This document shows positions 1 through 7,176 of a stretch of DNA of 15,088 bases, in pieces (position 1 is the stretch's first letter; each line of letters starts with the position of its first letter). The translations under genes and the position numbers were made by a program. The stretch is from positions 1 to 15,088 of the forward strand of contig JAUXAS010000017.1 in assembly GCA_030619825.1 (NCBI GenBank), read 5' to 3'. A model generated the notes under the pieces. That model worked only from the letters and a program-made list of their open reading frames with translations. It was not told the origin of the DNA and ran no database searches. This stretch comes from Hadesarchaea archaeon. GTDB lineage: Archaea > Hadarchaeota > Hadarchaeia > Hadarchaeales > Hadarchaeaceae.

Positions 1-674
1 TATTTTCTGCGCGCCTGCATCGAGCGTCGGGTCCGAACCGCTACCGCTCTCTCCCGAAGGCTTTGCTCTATGTCGTCTAGGTTACGGTGATAAGTGGTGA
101 AACTTTTTCCGCCCGCATCGAGCAATTCGATGAGTTGTACGATGATGCCGCGCTCTGAAGTGTAGGCAATCATTCGTTCGACCTCGTGTTCGTTTACCCC
201 GGCCAGCAGGACCATGTTTAGCTTCACCGGTGTTAAATCAGCGGCGAGGGCAGCATCGATGCCATCGAGCACCTCATGTAGCAGCTTCCTTCCCGTTATT
301 CGTTCGTAAGTTGTTTCATCAAGCGTGTCCAAACTGATGTTGACGCGGTTGAGCCCAGCATCAGCGAGTTCAGCGGCAATTTTTGCTAGCAAGGTGCCGT
401 TTGTGGTCATGGAGACCTCTTCGATTTTAGGTTTAGTTGTAGCTGCAACTATGTCGACAATGTCTTCCCGCACAAGCGGTTCTCCGCCCGTCAACTTGAT
501 TTTCCTTATCCCGAATTCCGTGCCAACCTCAACTATTTTTTCAATCTCTTGGGGCGACATCCGACGGGAGTCGTTCAAGCAGCCTTCGTGGTGGCAGTAA
601 AAACAGTTCAAATTGCACTCGTTGGTAACCGAAATCCTCAGACCGATAACTGGCCTTCCCCATCTATCTCGCAT
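1..674 (-). CDS. moaA: GTP 3',8-cyclase MoaA (radical SAM), 3' end outside window
   Basis: Not in the ORF track. Manual translation from ATG at 674: MRDRWGRPVIGLRISVTNECNLNCFYCHHEGC, with the CxxxCxxC motif and MoaA LRISVT signature; later KLTGGEPLVR, MTTNGT, NRVNISLDTL, VKLNMV; open to the window edge (MQARRK). Overlaps the mobB stop. Confidence 0.95.
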   Translation of the reverse strand, partial: MRDRWGRPVIGLRISVTNECNLNCFYCHHEGCLNDSRRMSPQEIEKIVEVGTEFGIRKIKLTGGEPLVREDIVDIVAATTKPKIEEVSMTTNGTLLAKIAAELADAGLNRVNISLDTLDETTYERITGRKLLHEVLDGIDAALAADLTPVKLNMVLLAGVNEHEVERMIAYTSERGIIVQLIELLDAGGKSFTTYHRNLDDIEQSLRERAVAVRTRRSMQARRK

Positions 675-1413
675 GTCCAGACACCTTCAACTCGATGTTT
701 TCTCCTTCGGCCCCCTTCATGGAGGAAAGCATCCCAGCTATGACCCCAGCGACCAAGTCCTGCATAAAGGACTTAAGGGGAACCTTCCTACCGTCGACGA
801 TCAGGGAAACGCGCCCCTTGAGAGCTCTGCAGCCGTCAGGGGCAGCTCGACCCTTCAGCACCGCCACAATAAAATCTTTGCAACTTGGAAACCCACATTC
901 CCCACAGTCGAGACCCCCTACGAGCGGAGTAGCCCTTTGTTCAACGAGATTTGCAAGCGTCTTGAAGTCACCTAGCTTAAGAACTGGCTGTTTTCCTACA
1001 CCATGCCCAATGAATCCAATGGTTAAATCGTCAGTTAGCTCAGAGGCCTCCGATTCATTGCGCGCCACGATAACTTTTGCAATGATTTCAGACCCCTTGA
1101 AACCCTCCAGCACGACAAAATCAACCACACTAAACTCTCGGAGGATTTCCTCTAGCTTTGTTCGGCGTTTCCTCAGGACTGCAACTTCCCCAGGGCTAAT
1201 GCATACTACGGGATTGGCTCCAGCTTGAGCGTGACGCCATGTATCACTACCGCGCCGATCAACTGTGAACTTTTCATCAGTAACGTGCTTTATCGTGCCA
1301 ACCTGATGGCCCCGATTTTTGAGTTCTCGGACCAAGCCCTCAACTATTTTGGTCTTGCCTCTTTTTTTGTAGCCCACTATCGCTACCGTTCTAAGCAGCC
1401 CCAACACCTCCAA
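664..1413 (-). CDS. mobB: Molybdopterin-guanine dinucleotide biosynthesis protein MobB with C-terminal putative Fe-S domain
   Basis: P-loop GYKKRGKT, VGTIKH, DRRGSDTWRH, VVLEGFK; C-terminal LDCGECGFPSC...C. True start may be a few codons downstream, after GGAGGTG at 1405-1411. Confidence 0.9.
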   Translation of the reverse strand: MEVLGLLRTVAIVGYKKRGKTKIVEGLVRELKNRGHQVGTIKHVTDEKFTVDRRGSDTWRHAQAGANPVVCISPGEVAVLRKRRTKLEEILREFSVVDFVVLEGFKGSEIIAKVIVARNESEASELTDDLTIGFIGHGVGKQPVLKLGDFKTLANLVEQRATPLVGGLDCGECGFPSCKDFIVAVLKGRAAPDGCRALKGRVSLIVDGRKVPLKSFMQDLVAGVIAGMLSSMKGAEGENIELKVSGHAR

Positions 1414-2635
1414 ACAAGTTAACCTCTACGATCTCCCCCTCCCCAACGATTTCCCGCTCGAGCGGCACGTCTATGTATCCATCCGCGAGCGAAAGCGCAG
1501 TTATAGCACCCGAGCCCTTCAGGAGGGGGTTGGCGTAAAATTCCCGCCCCCTTCGAACGAGCTTCACGGGCACGAGCTCCCGCCTCCCTCGCGCCGAGAG
1601 AATTTTTAACGTCAGCTTCACTCGAACCCTCGCTCGCTCCGCTGGAGGCAGGCCGCTCAGACGCCGCAGGTAGGGCGCGACCAGCTGATCGAAGACCATT
1701 AGCGCGGAGACCGGGTACCCTGGGAGGCCGAAGATCGGTTTGCCCTGCACGACAGCCACGAATGTGGGTTTGCCGGGCCTAAGCGCGAGCCCATGGACCA
1801 AAACTCCGGGATTGCCGAGCCCATCGACGACGCTCGGCGCAACATCGCCCGCACCGGCCGAGGATCCACCCGAGAGCACGACCACATCGCAGATGGCCAG
1901 CCCTCTTTTGAGAAGAGTCGCCAGGCTGCGGGGCTCATCCCTCGCAATGCCGAGGTAGCTGGCCTCGCCCCCGCAAAGCTCGACGGCTTGACAGATCGCC
2001 GGGCCGTTGACATCGTAAATCTTGCCTTGCTTGAGCTGGGAACCCGCGCCAACCAGCTCGACGCCGCTCGATACCACCGCGACTTTGGGTGGTGAGTACA
2101 CTTTGACGCGTTTTTTTCCGATTGCCGAAAGCGTCCCGAGCGTTTGGGGAGTTATCATTTTCCCCGCTTTCAAAACCTTCGTTCCATGTTTAATCTCCGA
2201 ACCTCGCTCAGCGATGTTCTCCCCAGGGGCAACCGCACGGAGAACCCGAACAACCTTTGCCCTTGCCGTCGAGTGTTCGAGCATTACCACAGCGTTCGCA
2301 TCTCTCGGCACGGGCGCACCGGTATCAATCTCGGCACACTGTCCTCTCCTTATCTCAAACTTCGGCCACTCGCCTGCACGCACGCTACCCACCCGGGTGA
2401 GTTCGATGGGCGATTCCTCCCCCGCACCAAATGTATCTGCAGCGCGAACCGCATAGCCATCGAATGCAGCGCGATCGAATGGTGGAACATCTATTCTTGA
2501 AACGACATCTTTCGCCAGAACCCGCTCAGCGGCCTCTCCAAGCGGCACTTCAACTTCGCGTGGAAGGGGCCTCCAGCGTTTTTCAAGCGTCGCACGCGCC
2601 TCCTCAATCGTCGCCACTCGCAAAAATCTCGACAT
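1391..2635 (-). CDS. moeA: Molybdopterin molybdo/tungstotransferase MoeA
   Basis: VPPFDRAAFDGYAV, IDTGAPVP, SSGVEL, IYDVN, SGGSSAG, RPGKPT, GLPGYPVS, GSGAITAL. ATG at 2635 preferred over TTG at 2653. Confidence 0.95.
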   Translation of the reverse strand: MSRFLRVATIEEARATLEKRWRPLPREVEVPLGEAAERVLAKDVVSRIDVPPFDRAAFDGYAVRAADTFGAGEESPIELTRVGSVRAGEWPKFEIRRGQCAEIDTGAPVPRDANAVVMLEHSTARAKVVRVLRAVAPGENIAERGSEIKHGTKVLKAGKMITPQTLGTLSAIGKKRVKVYSPPKVAVVSSGVELVGAGSQLKQGKIYDVNGPAICQAVELCGGEASYLGIARDEPRSLATLLKRGLAICDVVVLSGGSSAGAGDVAPSVVDGLGNPGVLVHGLALRPGKPTFVAVVQGKPIFGLPGYPVSALMVFDQLVAPYLRRLSGLPPAERARVRVKLTLKILSARGRRELVPVKLVRRGREFYANPLLKGSGAITALSLADGYIDVPLEREIVGEGEIVEVNLFGGVGAA

Positions 2636-2771
2636 TCGAATCCTGATAACCAATTAAGCGCTAGGCTTTAAGATTACTGTTAAATTAAACGTGAATAGTT
2701 AACTCCAAGGGAGTTGAGTACCGTTTAAATCCTTTTGGTCCCAGCCCCAAATGAAACAATAAGGCGATCGC

Positions 2772-3134
2772 ATGGTGGCCCTCCGAACCCTTGCAAGCGT
2801 GATCTTCGCCGCGATTTTCCTCTCGATCTTCGCCTCCCTCTACCTACAATATCAGAGCGGGAGCACGGAGGCCAACTTCAGGCGTCAGGCCGAGCAGCTT
2901 GCGCAGCAGGCGAAGCTCCTAGCAGACCAAGATGTGGGGGCTTCCTTTCCCTTTGACATCGTGGTGCCCTCTAACTGCGAACTCCGATTCGAGGGGAACT
3001 CGGTAGTAATCGTGATTGGGGAAGTACAGGAGAATTTTGACGCAGGCATCGCGATAAGCGGGCCAGCGCTCAGCGGACAACAAATAAGGCTCGTGATCGA
3101 GCGCGCGGAAAACGGGGTGGCAGTAAGTGTCTGA
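2772..3134 (+). CDS. Hypothetical protein with N-terminal hydrophobic helix, possibly minor-pilin-like
   Basis: 120 aa; N-terminal TM segment, amphipathic helix, then beta-rich globular part. TTTAAAT at 2724-2730 and RBS-like AGGCGAT upstream; overlaps the next ORF. Confidence 0.7.
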   Translation: MVALRTLASVIFAAIFLSIFASLYLQYQSGSTEANFRRQAEQLAQQAKLLADQDVGASFPFDIVVPSNCELRFEGNSVVIVIGEVQENFDAGIAISGPALSGQQIRLVIERAENGVAVSV

Positions 3135-4122
3135 CGCCCATGAGTTGCCATTTTACTTGCTCTTCGGAATCCTCATGGCTATCCTGCTCGCGGGGGTCCT
3201 CTTTATGCAACTGACAAAACAGCGGGAGTTCGAAGTCGGTGCCCAAGCCCAAGCGCTCGCGGACGACCTCGCCCGAACCTGTTCCTCAGTCCTGCCGGGG
3301 CAGCAGCCCACCCTCGACCTGCCATCGCGATTGGCTGGTTCAAGCTATGAACTCGAGATCGACGAGAATCGTTCGACCTTCATCGTGTGGATAACCGGTG
3401 GAACTGGGGAAGGTGAAAGCTACTGGACCGTTGCAAACGTCGGGCTGCGGGTGGAGAACAGAGGCTTCGCCCCCGGAGGGAGGGTTTACTTCATGCGTTT
3501 GGGCAACGTGGTGGTTGTGAGCGCCTCCCCGATCGAAGCACCACATGAAAACATTCTCCCAACACCTTCGGGCGAACCATCGGAGTTTTACCACTTCGCG
3601 CGCGAGAATCAGCGTGAGGCAACGGCAATCATCGCTGCTTACTTCGACGTGTCCCAAGACATCGACGCGTACAAGTGGGAGAACAGTGACTCGATACTCG
3701 TTCGTGCCGGTTCAATTCTGCTCAGCGTTCAAGGGTACGAAAATGAGGAAAACGTCGGGCTCGTCGATAACGCTTGGATTATTTCAAACATCGAAAACTA
3801 CGCTGGGGAACTCGCAGGCGCTATCCCCTGCCCCAGCCCCGAAAATGCATACTTGAGAGGATGGCTATACTCGCCCTCACAGACGCTGAGCTATCTCCGC
3901 TCGCGAACTTGGCAACGCACGGACGATAATTCCACCGTCGCGATCCCAAGCGATGCTTTAGTCCGAGCTGCAGCCGTAACGACTAACGTCTCGAGCTACC
4001 CCACTTGGCGGGTCGAGTGGGAAAATTATGTCATTCACTACCAGACCGGACCTTGGTGGCACGCGGAAAATACTCCTGGCTTTGTCTTTCAATCGAAACC
4101 CGAGCTCGAAGCCTTGGTTTAG
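3127..4122 (+). CDS. Hypothetical membrane-anchored extracellular protein, possibly minor-pilin/adhesin-like
   Basis: 331 aa; GTG start after GGGGTGG; N-terminal TM (LPFYLLFGILMAILLAGVLF) then AQALADDLA helix; 8-nt overlap with the upstream ORF. Confidence 0.75.
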   Translation: MSDAHELPFYLLFGILMAILLAGVLFMQLTKQREFEVGAQAQALADDLARTCSSVLPGQQPTLDLPSRLAGSSYELEIDENRSTFIVWITGGTGEGESYWTVANVGLRVENRGFAPGGRVYFMRLGNVVVVSASPIEAPHENILPTPSGEPSEFYHFARENQREATAIIAAYFDVSQDIDAYKWENSDSILVRAGSILLSVQGYENEENVGLVDNAWIISNIENYAGELAGAIPCPSPENAYLRGWLYSPSQTLSYLRSRTWQRTDDNSTVAIPSDALVRAAAVTTNVSSYPTWRVEWENYVIHYQTGPWWHAENTPGFVFQSKPELEALV

Positions 4123-4128
4123 ACGGGA

Positions 4129-4833
4129 CTACTGTGGGACAAGCACTCCCCGAGCCCCGAAGGTGTCTTGCACCGTTACGTGGACCATGTCGTCCTCATT
4201 CTCCAGCTCCACTGCAAGTCCCTCGCACGCATAGTTCTCGTTGAGCGCTCGCTTCAGCTCCTCGAGGTTCGCCGCGCCCGCCGCCAGCGCCAGAGATAGC
4301 TCGGCCACGTGCCTTATCCGTTCGAACCTCGGGCGGGATACCGCTCGCAGGCTCAACCCGAATGCCCTGGGGCCCATCACGTGCTCGAATCGGGCGTCGA
4401 GGTATCCACGCGCTCGAATACCCCCATCCGGCAACCACTCCAGCGCAAGCGAGTTCTCGTCGCACGGAGGTACCACAACCGTGAGATTTGGGCGAGGATA
4501 AGCGTTGATGCTGGAAATGTGCGTGTTCAAATATTCGCGAACGTACTGCTCCACTTGCTCGCGGGTACCCCCTCTCAAGCCGACATCGTACATAGCGGCA
4601 GCTATCGAGCTCTCGAGCGCCGAGTTCAGCTCGCTCCCAACCTGCGATGCTGTGGCGCGAACCACATCGGCCGCGCTCTTCAAGATGATCGCCGAAACGC
4701 TCCGCTCCTCCAGCGACTGAAAGGTAACTATCGCCACGCTCGAGCAGAGGATTACAAAAATGGTGAAGACCGCGAGCGTCGGGGCGGATGCACGTCGGTC
4801 AGCTCGCAATCTTCGAATTTCAGCTTGCCCCAC
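4129..4833 (-). CDS. Hypothetical protein with class III (prepilin-like) signal peptide
   Basis: GGAGGT RBS before the GTG; basic leader ending DRRA, then SAPTLAVFTIFVILCSSVAIV, fitting the [KR][GA]-hydrophobic pattern of archaeal PibD/FlaK substrates. Confidence 0.7.
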   Translation of the reverse strand: MGQAEIRRLRADRRASAPTLAVFTIFVILCSSVAIVTFQSLEERSVSAIILKSAADVVRATASQVGSELNSALESSIAAAMYDVGLRGGTREQVEQYVREYLNTHISSINAYPRPNLTVVVPPCDENSLALEWLPDGGIRARGYLDARFEHVMGPRAFGLSLRAVSRPRFERIRHVAELSLALAAGAANLEELKRALNENYACEGLAVELENEDDMVHVTVQDTFGARGVLVPQ

Positions 4834-4867
4834 GCTGGAACCTCCTTGATTGAAATTGCTCCGCCGT

Positions 4868-5368
4868 TTAGATAACCCTTGGTATAAATCTCCAGCGAAC
4901 TTTTTTCATGTATTTTTTATATGTATCGCCGTAGGTTTTGATCAAGTGCCCTTCTTCCTCCCTTGCGGCTTGATTTAAGACTATAACATTGAAAATCGAA
5001 AAAAGGAGGATGATTAGTGATTGAAATAAAAAGGAGATCCCAAACATCCCCACAATAATCGACGAATAGTGAGGGTGCCGAATGTATTTATACATCCCCT
5101 CCGTTACCAATTGTCCCCTGTATTTCTTATGCCAGAAAGTAGTCCACCACCACCAAATCACCAAACCAATAAGAAGCGCCGCACCCCCGATTAACCAAAC
5201 TGCCATATCAGGAATTGGAAACAAAAACGGACCGAAAAATAGCCTGAGACTGATGCCAATTACAAAAACTAGCACAGTTGAGATTATGTATAGGAGGTGG
5301 TAAATTTTTTCTTTTTTCGCCTTCTGAGATCTTCTGATTTCAGCTCGACCAGGCGGGAATCTAATCAC
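4868..5368 (-). CDS. Isoprenylcysteine carboxyl methyltransferase (ICMT/PEMT) family membrane methyltransferase
   Basis: LVTEGMYKYIRHPHY and EEGHLIKTYGDTYKKYMKKVRWRFIP motifs; several TM segments; start uncertain (GTG overlapping an upstream TGA). Confidence 0.88.
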   Translation of the reverse strand: MIRFPPGRAEIRRSQKAKKEKIYHLLYIISTVLVFVIGISLRLFFGPFLFPIPDMAVWLIGGAALLIGLVIWWWWTTFWHKKYRGQLVTEGMYKYIRHPHYSSIIVGMFGISFLFQSLIILLFSIFNVIVLNQAAREEEGHLIKTYGDTYKKYMKKVRWRFIPRVI

Positions 5369-5464
5369 CTCGGGATGAACATAGGGACTTTTTTTCTGAT
5401 AACTTTTATATTCTTTACCAAACTCCCTGACCAGCTCCTTATCCTCCTTCCATGCGGTCAGATA
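5365..5464 (-). pseudogene. C-terminal remnant of a second ICMT/PEMT-family gene, frameshifted
   Basis: Minus strand reads YLTAWKEDKELVREFGKEYKSYQKK, then after one extra A in an A7 run (5389-5395) VPMFIPR*, matching the family's EE-x-L-x3-FG-x2-Y-x2-Y-x3-VP-x-FIP terminus. No start codon or N-terminal part. Confidence 0.75.
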
Positions 5465-5661
5465 TTTCCGGAAAAAATCTCGCTGCTTTCAGTTAACGGT
5501 CGCTGTTCTAATAAGCTTCGAAAGATATTGGGCTGACCCGTAAGCTTCAATTTTTGAGGATTTTTCAATTTATCGTAAAAATTCAAAGTCTTTCGTCGAT
5601 TCTTTTAACCAAACATTTAAGTTATATATCAAGGATTCAAAGGAGACAAGGAGAATCTGAA

Positions 5662-5856
5662 ATGAGAGAAAACCTTGTTTGGGTGGCTGTCTCTGTCGTC
5701 GGCATCTGGTTGGCTGTAGCACTCGCAAGCATATTTTCGCCTGACCTCGTCACTAACTCCACCCGTATCCCGGTCGCGGCAATTGTCAGCCCGATCTTTG
5801 GAGCATTTGCCACCTTTGCCACCCTATTCGTGGCGCTATTGAGCAAGGGAAAGTGA
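5662..5856 (+). CDS. Small (64 aa) two-helix membrane protein
   Basis: ATG at 5662 preceded by AAGGAG twice and TATA-like TTTAAGTTATATA (5616-5628); two hydrophobic segments around a FSPDLV loop. Confidence 0.75.
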   Translation: MRENLVWVAVSVVGIWLAVALASIFSPDLVTNSTRIPVAAIVSPIFGAFATFATLFVALLSKGK

Positions 5857-5977
5857 ATCCAAGTAGGCGTCATGCCATCTCCGGGGCAAGACTAGCCTTG
5901 AGCTAACCTCCGGCTTGACCGTTGGTTATAGGTGAACCTCAAAGGTGGGCTGAGTATCATTTAGGGCGATGAAACCG

Positions 5978-6011
5978 ATTTTTGTGCAGAAAATCTATTT
6001 TGTGCAAAGCC
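5978..6011 (+). repeat. Direct repeat, left copy
   Basis: ATTTTTGTGCAGAAAATCTATTTTGTGCAAAGCC versus ATTTTTGTGCAGAAAACCAATTATTGTGCAAAGCC at 6874-6908; first 16 and last 12 nt identical. Confidence 0.9.
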
Positions 6012-6026
6012 GAATCTAATAAAAGA

Positions 6027-6034
6027 TTTAAATA
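6027..6034 (+). promoter_or_regulatory. Archaeal TATA box for a probably leaderless GNAT-YoaP transcript
   Basis: TTTAAATA preceded by purine-rich AATAAAAGA (BRE-like), beginning 31 nt before the ATG at 6058. Confidence 0.65.
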
Positions 6035-6057
6035 TATCTTATTGTAATTATATTTTC

Positions 6058-6822
6058 ATGCCAGACATTATAATCATAAACATTGACAAAAACAATATTT
6101 CTCAATATGAACCTACATGCTTTCTAAATCCAAAAAATGAAGGATATCAAAAAAAGCTTGAGTGGTTAAAAAAGCGTTTTTCTGAAGGTCTGAAAATTAA
6201 ACTATTATATTTGGAAAAAGAAAGAAAATGTATTGGTTTTATTGAATACATACTAGGAGAGTATGCGTGGAGAGCTGTTGATGCAAAAGGCTACATGTTC
6301 ATACACTGTATGTGGATTTTTCCAACCAAGTACAAAAGAAAAGGATATGGTTCACTCCTAGTTAAAGAATGCATTAAAGATGCAAAGAAGGGATGAAAAT
6401 ATGGTGTTGCTGTGGTTACAAGTGAAGGTCCATTCATGGCAGGCAAAGATCTTTTTTTAAAAAATGAATTCAAGTCTGTGGCTAAGGTCAAACCTTCATT
6501 TGAATTGATGATTAAAACCTTAAAGAAAGGACCTTTGCCAAAATTCAAGGATTGGGAAAAGCAACTGAGCAAATATAAAGGACTGAATATTATCTATGCA
6601 AATCAATGCCCGTGGGTTGCCAGATCCATTAAAGATCTAGGCGAAATCGCAAAGAAAAAAGGTTTGAAATTAAAAGTAACTGAATTAAAAAACGCAAAGC
6701 AAGCACAAAACGCTCCCTCAATATACGCTACATTCAACTTAGTATATAACGGAAAACTCCTCGTAGACCATTATATTTCCAACAAAAGATTCCTTAACAT
6801 TATCAATAAGGAAATAAAATAG
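6058..6822 (+). pseudogene. GNAT N-acetyltransferase with C-terminal YoaP-like domain, interrupted by an in-frame TGA at 6394-6396
   Basis: ORFs 6058-6396 and 6412-6822 share a frame: DAKKG*KYGVAVVTSEGPFMAGK. GNAT motifs GFIEY, FIHCMW, KRKGYGSLL; YANQCPW; YoaP-like AQNAPSIYATFNLVYNGKLL. Confidence 0.85.
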
Positions 6823-6836
6823 GAATTTACTTTGAA

Positions 6837-6908
6837 TTTATGTGTAGAATCGAGTTTATGTGCAAGCAACCTAATTTTTGTGCAGAAAACCAATTATTGT
6901 GCAAAGCC
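6837..6908 (+). repeat. Array of four TTWWTGTGYA units including the right copy of the direct repeat
   Basis: TGTGYA cores start at 6841, 6859, 6879 and 6898 (spacing 18, 20, 19); array ends AAAGCC like the left copy. Confidence 0.85.
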
Positions 6909-6931
6909 CGTCGATTCGCAAATTCGCAAGG

Positions 6932-6939
6932 TTTAAATA
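6932..6939 (+). promoter_or_regulatory. TATA box upstream of the candidate ncRNA
   Basis: TTTAAATA; the same 31-nt offset seen at 6027/6058 lands on G6963, inside the 5' strand of the terminal helix. Confidence 0.6.
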
Positions 6940-6959
6940 GGGAAAATTTTTAAAACAGC

Positions 6960-7176
6960 AAAGTGCGGGGAAGAAGCCAGCAGAGAAAGCTGAACCTTCG
7001 CCCAAGGACGCGGGGGAACCGCGGAAAAACCTAGCGCAGCTAGGGAAGGCTGCGGATAAGGTGCGCGGTGGTGCGCGCCGAAGCTGAGTTGCTGGAAAGA
7101 GATCTCGCGGCGAAAAGCGCGGGTAGGAACAACCGATCCGCCGCGGAGTAGGTGCGCGATCGAATCCCCGCACTTT
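6960..7176 (+). ncRNA. Candidate structured non-coding RNA of unknown family (~215 nt)
   Basis: Perfect 12-bp terminal helix AAAGTGCGGGGA/TCCCCGCACTTT; nested helix 6977-6983/7089-7095; several GC hairpins joined by A-rich linkers; upstream TATA box; ends in TTTCT; no credible ORF. Confidence 0.7.

Larger units (their letters stand above)
4860..6930. other. AT-rich accessory segment, probably horizontally acquired; boundaries approximate
   Basis: Visibly AT-rich with A/T-ending codons against GC-rich flanks; contains decayed genes and direct repeats; no integrase or transposase. Confidence 0.7.

Noticed and set aside
2751..2774. In-frame ATG AAA CAA TAA upstream of the 2772 ORF as a broken prepilin leader
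   Set aside because: Residues after the putative Gly (DR) do not fit class III cleavage; AGGCGAT is better read as an RBS.
6394..6396. TGA as selenocysteine (with the downstream RNA as SECIS) or as code-25 glycine
   Set aside because: The position appears to correspond to Gly rather than Cys; the RNA seems to have its own promoter; other genes here stop at TGA; the gene's other Gly codons are ordinary GGN and its promoter is archaeal.
6837..6908. CRISPR array or integron attC site
   Set aside because: Units are ~10-bp cores at 18-20-bp periods with no spacer-length unique sequence and no cas genes; no attC R-box inverted structure.
6960..7176. tRNA, RNase P, SRP or 5S identity for the structured region
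   Set aside because: TCGAATCCCCGCA resembles a tRNA 3' end but has no T-stem or D/anticodon arms; RNase P and SRP signature motifs are missing on both strands; length is wrong for 5S.
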